NCBI GenBank assembly: GCA_964016885.1
Contig: OZ024747.1
Location: forward strand, 25,730,001-25,794,000
Source of the DNA: Eledone cirrhosa
Taxonomy: Eukaryota
Direction of reading: 5' to 3'
Length of the DNA stretch: 64,000 nt
Positions 52,155 through 64,000 of the stretch are shown here, one piece after another. Under the pieces are notes generated by a model that ran no database searches, was not told where the DNA came from, and saw only the letters and a list, made by a program, of their open reading frames with translations. The position numbers and the translations under genes were made by a program. Position 1 is the stretch's first letter. Each line of letters opens with the position of its first letter.

Positions 52155-55100
52155 AGATCAAAAGATGGTTAAAAGAGTTCCATGTATTTTATTATGCGCA
52201 TTTCAAAAACAAATATCATCATGCAATAACATTTGCGTTTTCGTCAGATAAAATAGAGAGACATGATATGAAGGTTAAAACACACTTGTGAATAGTTGAA
52301 TAGTGCAGTTTTAAATCAACATATGAAAAGTAGTTTTAGATTGATGTGTAATATTGGGGAAACATTTTTTGAGGGGGGGGGGGGAGGTTGGAAAGGATGA
52401 AAAAGAGGGGGAGATGAGAGTAAAAAGTGGAGGGGGAGGAGTATAATGAGGAAGGATGAGATAGGAGGAGAGATGGGTGATAGAGAGAGAGAGAGATAGC
52501 TTTTATAACTGAGAAAAATATATTGTTTTACATAGAGAGGTTGAAAAACCGTTGGAAGATAATATATAAATTAAAATAATTTGAAAATTAACGAAGAGAA
52601 AAATTTAGAATAATGTTAAATTAAGGTTTGTATATTTAAGGGTTTAATAATATGTGCGAGGAAAAGAAATTATTAATATGTATTAAGAATAATATTTAAG
52701 GGTTTAATATGTGCGATGGAAAGAAATTGTTGATATGTATTATTAAAAAAAATATAAAAATATAGCAATAGTAATGTAAGTAAGGATATATTGTGAAAGA
52801 AGTAGATTGGATGAATAAGTGTAATATGTATAAGTTAGATGAGCATAAAAGGGAGAAAAAAATAATGAATTGAGGATGAATAATCTAACGTCAAAAAAAA
52901 TGTTTATGTTTACGAAGAATTTTTTCAAGGTGATATAAAGTAAGAATATATTGTGCTGTGTAATAATTGTTTCTAAGTTAGGCACAATTATATTTGAGAA
53001 GTATCTAGGAAGAAAAGGTACAGATTAGGGGTTAGAAATTAAAAGAAAAAGAAAAAAAAAGAAAAGAAAAAAGGAAAAAAGAAAGAGAGGGAAGTGATAA
53101 ATAGGAGTGATATAGAATGAGTAACTAGTATTATATAATGTATAATAAATAACATTGAAATAAGGTAGAAAGATGGGTATATTTTTAAAGAAATATATAT
53201 GTATATATATATATATATATGCCTTTGAGAAAAGGATTTTAAATTGATAAAGTATTAGATATTAGCTGTATACTTTATGGAATGTTCTGTGGAATTTATG
53301 CAATCAGAGAGAAAACAAGTCAGTGCGTCTATTTATTATAGAATCTAAATTAGATATAATGGTAAATTTTTCACATAAACAGAGATTGCATGTCTTGGAT
53401 AGAGAATTGTTCAAGTATGTAGAAGCAGAACAAACCTTCTTCCAAGAGATGTTATAGTTAATATTTTTATCTTTCAAGGACCATATGAGTTCTGAGAGTG
53501 CCGTGTTGGTTCTTTTAAGTTGGTATTTAAAAGACGAATGATGATTATAAAGACGAGCTTTAAAGGAGATGGAAGTGGAGCCAAAATAGGTAAAGGAATT
53601 GGTGTCAGTTATAACTTTACATTCGTAGATTCTTTACAAGACAATGGTTGTTGAGAGGACATTTATTTTTAACAGGGCAATTGCAATTGCGATTAGAGAG
53701 ATTAACAGAGTTATTAACAAGTGACCTAGTGTTATCTATAGAAGGGATTGGATTGGAGAAGTTATTTACGATAGGAATAATAGTTTCTTGATTTAGAATG
53801 GGATTAAGAACATTTAGCGAAGTTGCGTTTGACGTTGTATTTGGGTTTGCAGAAATTAGCCTAGAGTTAACAAAGCTTCTGAGATTATGTCAAAACTTGA
53901 CATCGGAAAAAAGACCGAACCATTCCTCCCGAGGATAAATCTCAAGGATCACAAAAACAATTTTCGTACTGAACTACCTGTTAGACTAATCGCCCCCTCT
54001 AAATCAGATCTGGGGGTTGTTAGCAAAGCCATCTTGGATAGAATTATCCCACAGGTTCGTTCTAACTGCTCTTCTTTGAACTTAAATTTATGGTTTGGTA
54101 CTTCTGAAGTGATTGGCTGGTTCAACAAATTGAATAAGAAAAATAAACAAAAATTTATTCAATTTGATATTGCCAGCTACTATTCTTCTATTTCGCCCTC
54201 ACTTCTCAACAATGCTCTATCTTTCGCTGACAAATATTCAGACAAAACCACAGATGAACTTCACATCATTCTCACCGCACGTAAAACCATCCTAGAGTTC
54301 AACAATGAATATTGGACCAGAGCTGATACCTCTAACACTTTGACATCACAATGGGAGCATCCGATTCATCCCCATTGACAGATTTAATTGGTATCTTTAT
54401 TTTGAACTCTTTGAATCGGAAAATTCCTCAACTTCGATGGAATTTATCGTGACGATGGACTCTTTACTATCTTAAATTGCAACATAGTTAACCTTAATAT
54501 TATTAAGAACAATATACGTAATCTCTTTAACCAACATAACTTAAAAATTGAATTTGATAACAGCATCAAACTAGCTAATTTCTTGGATGTATCTCTTAAT
54601 CTTGACACTGGCCTATATTACCCTTACCATAAAAACAATGAGAACCTAAATTATGTTAATTTTAAATCTAACCACCCCACTAATATTAAGAATGTTATAG
54701 TTAGTAATATTGGAAAAAGAATATCTAACCTATCTTCTAATAAAAACATCTTTGATGCTAACGCCAATTACTATAATAACGCGCTTTCTAAAGCCGGTTA
54801 TCCTGATAAAATCAAATATAGTAACGAAACAAATTCTAGAAGATCTTACAGTAAAATAATTAATCATGATCATTCCAATAACTTTAATAAAAGACCTAGA
54901 TACAAAAACATAATCTGGTATAATGCTTCTTTCTCCATCTCTATTAATAATAATATTCCTAAATTATTCTTTAGTGCCTTAAATAAATGCTTCCCTCCCT
55001 CACATATCTATAGTAAAATATTTAACAAACACACTATAAAATTTTCCTATTCGACCTCCTCCAACATCTCCAACATTATCTCTAAACACAACAATACTAA

Positions 55101-56956
55101 ATACTAAATCTCTTCCTTCCAACACTGAATATCATAATAATAGTAATAGTACTCCCGACGTCATTGTAAACTCTAGGCTAATTTCTGCAAACCCAAATAC
55201 AACGTCAAACGCAACTTCGCTAAATGTTCTTAATCCCATTCTAAATCAAGAAACTATTATTCCTATCGTAAATAACTTCTCCAATCCAATCCCTTCTATA
55301 GATAACACTAGGTCACTTGTTAATAACTCTGTTAATCTCTCTAATCGCAATTGCAATTGCCCTGTTAAAAATAAATGTCCTCTCAATAACCATTGTCTTG
55401 AAAAGAATCTACGAATGTAAAGTTATAACTGACACCAATTCCTTTACCTATTTTGGCTCCACTTCCATCTCCTTTAAAGCTCGTCTTTATAATCATCATT
55501 CGTCTTTTAAATACCAACTTAAAAGAACCAACACGGCACTCTCAGAACTCATATGGTCCTTGAAAGATAAAAATATTAACTATAACATCTCTTGGAAGAA
55601 GGTTTGTTCTGCTTCTACATACTTGAACAATTCTCTATCCAAGACATGCAATCTCTGTTTATGAGAAAAATTTACCATTATATCTAATTTAGATTCTATA
55701 ATAAATAGACGCACTGACTTGTTTTCTCTCTGCTTGCATAAATTCCACAGAACATTCCATAAAGTATACAGCTAATATCTAATACTTTATCAATTTAAAA
55801 TCCCTTTCTCAAAGGCACATATATATATATATATATACATATATATTTCTTTAAAAATATACCCATCTTTCTACCTTATTTCAATGTTATTTATTATACA
55901 TTATATAATACTAGTTACTCATTCTATATCACTCCTATTTATCACTTCCCTCTCTTTCTTTTTTCCTTTTTTCTTTTCTTTTTTTTTCTTTTTCTTTTAA
56001 TTTCTAACCCCTAATCTGTACCTTTTCTTCCTAGATACTTCTCAATTATCATTGTGCCTAACTTAGAAACAATTATTACACAGCACAATATATTCTTACT
56101 TTATATCACCTTGAAAAAATCCTTCGTAAACATAAACATTTTTTTTGACGTTAGATTATTCATCCTCAATTCATTATTTTTTTCTCCCTTTTATGCTCAT
56201 CTAACTTATACATATTACACTTATTCATCCAATCTACTTCTTTCACAATATATCCTTACTTACATTACTATTGCTATATTTTTATATTTTTTTTAATAAT
56301 ACATATCAACAATTTCTTTCCATCGCACATATTAAACCCTTAAATATTATTCTTAATACATATTAATAATTTCTTTTCCTCGCACATATTATTAAACCCT
56401 TAAATATACAAACCTTAATTTAACATTATTCTAAATTTTTCTCTTCGTTAATTTTCAAATTATTTTAATTTATATATTATCTTCCAACGGTTTTTCAACC
56501 TCTCTATGTAAAACAATATATTTTTCTCAGTTATAAAAGCTATCTCTCTCTCTCTATCACCCATCTCTCCTCCTATCTCATCCTTCCTCATTATACTCCT
56601 CCCCCTCCACTTTTTACTCTCATCTCCCCCTCTTTTTCACCCCCCTCCCTCAAAAAATGTTTCCCCAATATCACACATCAATCTAAAACTACTTTTCATA
56701 TGTTGATTTAAAACTGCACTATTCACAAGTGTGTTTTAACCTTCATATCATGTCTCCCTATTTTATCTGACTAAAACGCAAATGTTATTGCATGATGATA
56801 TTTGTTTTTGAAATGCGCATAATAAAATACATGGAACTCTTTTAACCATCTTTTGATCTTATATATTATTTATACTCCAGTCCTACAAACTGTAGAGTGC
56901 TACTTATCCGATATCTGCATTGCTTTATTGTACTACAATAAAACTCACCCCCTACA
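52146..56956 (+). mobile_element. 5'-truncated Penelope-like element with a 1.7-kb inverted copy of its 3' part
   Basis: Body 53874-56956: LKDHK, QFDIASYY, YRDDGL, FLDVSL, CNCPVKNKCPLNNHC, IYECKV..YFGST..FKARLYNH..CNLC. 52146-53873 is the near-identical reverse complement of 55164-56869. (TA)n on both sides. Confidence 0.92.
52186..52254 (-). ncRNA. PLE hammerhead with an intact core; the twin at 56760-56828 (+) has CTGACTA
   Basis: ATTTTAT-CTGACGA-AAACGCAAATG..TATTTGTTTTT-GAAA-TGCGCA-TA^ATAAAAT; 7-bp stem I. Confidence 0.8.
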
Positions 56957-57043
56957 TATATATATATATCGTGTAACCCATGCTAGTATGGAAGATAGAT
57001 GCTAAACGATGATGATGATTATATATATGATATATATATGTGT

Positions 57044-57102
<59 letters not shown>

Positions 57103-57104
<2 letters not shown>

Positions 57105-57472
57105 CAGAGTGTTGTAGTTTGTTTGCAGCATTCTGGAATAGGAAATACAAATTTAAATAAGTTTAAAAGCCCTACAATGTAAAAATACCCTGAAGGACAG
57201 AAATCATTGGTCAGCAGTCACTAAAGAGAAATGGAAAGTTGTGCTAGACACAGTCATGACTGTGTGTTGGAATAATTCACTTCGAAACCAAATTGCTGTT
57301 AAAATAGTTGAATGCCGACAATGACAACACCTCACAACTTTCCATTTCTCTTTAGTGACTGCTGTCCAATGATTTCCGTCCTTAAGGGTATTTTTACATT
57401 GTAGGGCTTTTAAACTTATTTAAATTTGTATTTCCTATTCCACAATGCTTCAAACAAACTACAACACTCTGT

Positions 57473-57474
<2 letters not shown>
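57103..57474. mobile_element. Symmetric foldback/MITE with TIRs of about 140 bp, in a (TA)n tract
   Basis: 57103-57244 is the reverse complement of about 57333-57474. Confidence 0.8.
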
Positions 57475-57516
<42 letters not shown>

Positions 57517-58139
57517 CCCTTTTCTTACCATATGTCAAATAAAAGACACTGCCTATGATTTTCAAATAATTTTGAAAATAATAAAGAATCTGAAGAGATT
57601 TACCGTATTTCCCGGCGTCGAAGAAGCTACCTTTTTCTTAAAGTAAGTCTCAAAAATCTTCCATGCATCCTGGAGGCCGAAGGTTGTTTATTATTTTTTT
57701 TCAAATTCAAAGGGTGGTGGATTGGCAGTATCGGTAGAGGGTCGGACGCCATGCTTTCCAGCATAGTTACGTCCCTTTACGATCTGAGTTCAAATCCCGC
57801 CGAGGTTGACTTTGCCTTTCATCCTTACGGGGTCGATAAAATAAAGTACCAGTAATGCACTGGGTAATTGCTGGCCTTGTGCCTAAAGTAGAAACAATTA
57901 TTTTTTTTCAAATTTTTGGTTGTCAAAATTAGGGTGCGTCCTCGAGGACGAAGCGTCTTTAGCGCCGGGAAAGACGGTATTTACATAAATAACTTTCTCG
58001 TTGTTAAGTTGGTATCTGAAGTGTAACTTAACAATTCTTACATAAAATTTTGCTGGAAGGTTTTTTTTAGATAAATATAAACATATTAAAACACACAGTA
58101 CTGTATCATAGAATGAAAGGCAGTTTGGCATCAAAAGGG
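57517..58139 (+). mobile_element. Nest: piggyBac-type MITE containing a pogo/Tc1-type MITE (57603-57977) containing a SINE (57711-57900)
   Basis: TTAA-CCCTTT..AAAGGG-TTAA; TA-CCGTATTTCCCGGCG..CGCCGGGAAAGACGG-TA; [24 protein letters not shown]. Confidence 0.8.
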
Positions 58140-58679
58140 TTAAAAAACAATTTGAGATAGAAAAAGGACAATGAGTGTTACAGTTAAACTGTAACCATCG
58201 TTGTATACTCTTTTGAAATGCACTTCTTTATTGTACAGCAATTCCTCGTTTATCGGCCTCCCACACTTACCACTGTTTTCGTCTGTATAATATCTCCAGT
58301 TGCCCTCTCTGCCACACCAGGATAACTTGAACTTCAAAGCATTTTTATCCAATATTCTAATGATTCTGCAATTCCGTCATTCTTGTCAATGTTAATAATA
58401 ATGGTTTCTGATTTAGACACAATGCCAGTAATTTTTGGTGTCAGAGAAAGTTGATTAAATTAACCCCAGTGCATTACTGGTACTTTATTTTATCGACTCC
58501 GTAAGGTTGAAAGGCAAAGCTAACCTTGGCAGGATTAGAACTCAGAACGTAAAGGGCCGTAACTCTATGTGGTGAATATTGTGTCCGACGCTTTACCGAT
58601 ACTGCCAATCCACCACCCTATGTTAATGATAATTAATCATTATCGTTGTTTGTTACCGATAGATCGATACTGCAGAAGG

Positions 58680-60088
<1,409 letters not shown>

Positions 60089-60168
60089 TACACATATACA
60101 CATATATATATACATATACACATATATATATATACATATATATATACACACATATATATATATATATA

Positions 60169-60245
<77 letters not shown>

Positions 60246-60400
60246 GTAGTAGATTGACCTCCCTGCCCCTGCCTTCTATCTTTGCACACGGCACTGGACA
60301 GAATTGCTTCTACATCATTCATTCTCATCTCGGGAACAATTTTGAATAGCGCCAGTTCGTAATTCGAACTCGGGAATTTTATATTCTCCGAGTGAAAAGA

Positions 60401-60486
60401 ACCTTCTGACGAGAGTTTATCTTTTCAATGGAGGCCCGCAAGGACAATCCATTTATTTTTGAGACTCGAAACCGTTCGGTAAAAGT
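60401..60486 (+). ncRNA. Type I hammerhead, homolog of 20407-20490
   Basis: ACCTT-CTGACGA-GAGTTT..AGACTC-GAAA-CC(GTTC)GG-TA^AAAGT. Confidence 0.8.
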
Positions 60487-60565
60487 AACCATAGTAAGTA
60501 CAGTGAATTTTTTGAAATTTATTTTAAAACTTTTTCTTATTTTCTAAACCTTAATTATATATATA

Positions 60566-61450
60566 TTATCATCGTAGTGGACTATTGTATGCGCCTTGCA
60601 CTGGAGAAACACCAGGACTCTGGCTTTACTGTAGCACCGGCTCAGAGCAGGAGAGTTGGGGCGAAAAAGGTATCGGATGCTGAATTTGCCGACGACATAG
60701 TTTTGGTGACAAATACAGTGAAGGAGGCAGAGGATTTGATGCGGGAGGTTGAGACTGTGTCGATGAGTGTGGGGCTGAGAATGAATGAGACTAAAACAAA
60801 ATATCTGGTAGAGAATGTTGAGAAGCCAGAGGGGATCACTAATGTAGGCGGGAAGCCGCTGGAATTGGTTGAGGACTTCCTGTATTTGGGAGCAAAGATT
60901 GGGAATACGGAAGATGATGTGGTTGAGAGGAAGAGCAAGGCCTGGGCGGCGTGCCACAGCTTGAGATCGGTGTGGAAGTCGGACCTTCGTAGAGACCTGA
61001 AAATCCGCCTCTTCATTGCTGTAGTGGAGTCTGTGCTGCTGTATGGGTCTGAGACTTGGACACTGACCAAGAGACTCACTCAGATGGTGGATGGGTGCTA
61101 CACGAGAATGCTGAGGATGGCTCTGAACATTAATCAGTATACACTGAGGATGAAAAACTCAGAGCTGTATGGGAGCCTCCCAAAAGTCAGCTCAAAAGTG
61201 ACACAGAGGAGACTGAGGTTGGCTGGACATGCTCACCGACATCCAGAGTTGACATTGCACTCAGTGCTCCTTTGGGAGCCCCTACATGGACACACTGGAA
61301 GAGGAAGACCAAGGTTAACATATGTTGATGCCCTAAGGACAGACACTGGTCTGTTGGAGACGCAGGACATGGCAGCGATAATGAGGGACAGAGACCGCTG
61401 GAGAGAACTCGTCCATGGATCTCGGGAATTTTACCCGCCTTAGATAGAGA
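60566..61450 (+). mobile_element. 5'-truncated RTE-clade LINE with an open 3' ORF
   Basis: EFADDIVL, DFLYLG, LLYGSETWTL, RLRLAGH, GRGRP; stop at 61443. Confidence 0.9.
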
Positions 61451-61577
61451 TATATATATATATACTTACACGTATACATACATAGATACTTACATTTAAG
61501 TAACTGCCGTACTAAGAGTGAGAAATGAAATTTCGTTTCATTCTATTCCATCTATATATATATATATATATACATAC

Positions 61578-61713
<136 letters not shown>

Positions 61714-62031
61714 TATATATATAGATGGAATAGAATGAAACGAAATTTCATTTCTCACTCTTAGTACGGCAGTTACTTAAATGTAAGTATGTATACGTAC
61801 ATACATATATGTATACAGACGTACAGTAGTATGTATATATATATACATACATGCACACATATATATATGCACGTATCGGTTTACCGAACATTTATTATAA
61901 TGCTCGGTTTGTTTGTAAACAAACAAACAGCCCGAATTACGCCGTACAGTGTTTAGAACACACGCTTTGTCCGTTCCCATGTCGATTCAATTTGGATTGC
62001 CTCGGAAACATAACCTTATTATGTAACAAGC

Positions 62032-62102
62032 TGTCTGATGATGTCACGGCACTGGGCGCACCGAACCGTGTGGCCACTGTTGTCATTGAAATATGTATCG
62101 CA
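62032..62102 (+). ncRNA. Minimal hammerhead; its 3' half recurs at 1-30
   Basis: TGT-CTGATGA-..-GAAA-TATGTA-TC^GCA. Confidence 0.55.
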
Positions 62103-62230
62103 CCATTATTATTAAAGGACTTTAACATCTGAAATTACTTCGCTTTCTTATTCGATATATACTCCGTCACTCCTATGTGGAAAAAGTACGTTGAGTGCTT
62201 GAATTGAATTGCATCAATATTTACCTTAAG

Positions 62231-62311
<81 letters not shown>

Positions 62312-63332
62312 GCTATATAAACCATATATGTGTGTATATGTATATATACACACTCTTGATGTGAAACTCATCAACCTGATCATTCTGCTGAAAACATTTG
62401 TCTTACCACATGCAATTGCAAGATTATTTCGAGACTTACTGTAGTGGCTTCTAGAAGAATATAGAATATTTACAGAAAACAGAAATACTACTACTAACTT
62501 TTCCTTCTTTGTTATTTATTTATTAAGTCAGGAGGAAGGGGCACTGTTTATGGTCTTTGCAGATCCTCCAAGACAGAATTCTCACGATTTTGAAAAAGCC
62601 AGATAAAACCACGGAGAGTTTTTTTTTAATATCCGTATATTAATAACATGTTATTCACCAGAGAATGCAGTGTCCTTCATATTTAGCATATGTCATTAGA
62701 TCTATTATTACTACCACTCATTCATTTATTTCACATATATTCGTGTATACATCCAAGTTACAAACATTTACATGGCTTCTAGCAATGGACGTTTTCCTGA
62801 CAAAATAAATACCCGCCAAAATTTAGATACACTCTTCTTATTACTTACCATCTTTGAAGAATATATTTATTTCCAATTTTCACGGGGTCAGCTAAATGTT
62901 GTGACAGAGACTCACATTGACCCTTTTTGTTCATGTTGTTCCATAGCAGAGCTCTTCCTTTTCGTGGACGTACCCATATTCCTAATTCTAAGATGATATG
63001 TAAAAGGAAGAAAATATAAATTAGTTGTTTCTCTATATGACCAAGATAACCACAACGGCGATGGGGACGATGGTAATGGAGACGACCAGTCCACCGACGA
63101 CGACGACGGCGGCGGCGGTGGTAGTGGTTTCTAGTTTAGGCACTAGGTCAACAATTTTTTGTGGGAGGTAAGTGAAAAGTCGATTATACGGGATTCAGGT
63201 CTTTGTGAGAGAGTAAAGGGAGTCGTAGGGTCACCGTTCTGACATACAGCGTATCTTGAATTTAAAAAAAAAAACCAAGTGGGACCCTTTCCTCTCCAGC
63301 TTGTAACATAGCCGATTTCTTGGAAAGAGATA

Positions 63333-63961
63333 GAGGATGAATCGACCCCAGTACTTTATCAAGGATGAATCAACCCCAGTACTTTATCTATCAAGGATGA
63401 ATCAACCCCAGTATTTTATCTAACAAGGATGAATCAACCCCAGTACTTTATCTAACAAGGATGAATCAACCCAGTACTTTATCTATCAAGGATGAATCAA
63501 CATCAGTACTTTATCTATCAAGGATGAATCAACCCCAGTACTTTATCTATCAAGGATGAATCAACCCCAGTACTTTATCTATCAAGGATGAATCAACCCC
63601 AGTACTTTATCTATCAAGGATGAATCAACCCCAGTACTTTATCTATCAAGGATGAATCAACCCCAGTACTTTATCTATCAAGGATGAATCAACCCAGTAC
63701 TTTATCAAGGATGAATCAACCCCAGTACTTTATCTATCAAGGATGAATCAACCCCAGTACTTTATCTATCAAGGATGAATCAACCCCAGTACTTTATCTA
63801 TCAAGGATGAATCAACCCAGTACTTTATCTATCAAGGATGAATCAACCCCAGTACTTTATCTATCGAGGATGAATCAACCCCAGTACTTTATCTATCGAG
63901 GATGAATCAACCCCAGTACTTTATCTATCAAGGATGAATCAACCCCAATACTTTATCTATC
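63333..63961 (+). repeat. 32-bp minisatellite x about 20
   Basis: Unit AAGGATGAATCAACCCCAGTACTTTATCTATC. Confidence 0.95.
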
Positions 63962-64000
63962 GAACCCAGAGGGGTGACCACGGTAAGATTTGAACGCAAA

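Noticed and set aside
55662-55664. In-frame TGA after CNLCL in the PLE endonuclease, a possible selenocysteine codon as reported for some Naiad PLEs
   Set aside because: The inverted twin has TGT (53373-53375), the position is outside the CxxC pair, and the copy has other lesions; a point mutation is simpler.
57712-57800. tRNA-like A and B boxes
   Set aside because: This is the head of a multicopy SINE, with no cloverleaf.
63333-63961. CRISPR-like regular 32-bp repeats
   Set aside because: No unique spacers and no cas genes; it is a head-to-tail minisatellite in animal DNA.

Overview
Eukaryotic, AT- and microsatellite-rich animal DNA; the repeat landscape suggests an octopod cephalopod (inference). 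One host gene can be rebuilt by hand: a 14-exon, + strand SUGCT-like CaiB/BaiF (class III) CoA-transferase at 10171-49524, 445 aa, all introns GT-AG and in phase. The rest is repeats: two Penelope-like elements (PLEs; RT plus GIY-YIG with a Cys-rich linker), RTE, Vingi-like, CRE-like and R4-like LINE remnants, two tRNA-SINE families, hAT, piggyBac and Tc1/pogo-type MITEs, and minisatellites. The most unusual signal is a set of retroelements sitting in (TA)n tracts. They carry about 14 type I hammerhead ribozyme motifs, share a 3' ACTC..GAGTGCT stem motif, and repeatedly show a two-ended inverted layout in which one end is complete and the other stops about 75-90 nt earlier, just before that motif. 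All coordinates, folds and family calls were read by eye; no searches or folding programs were run.
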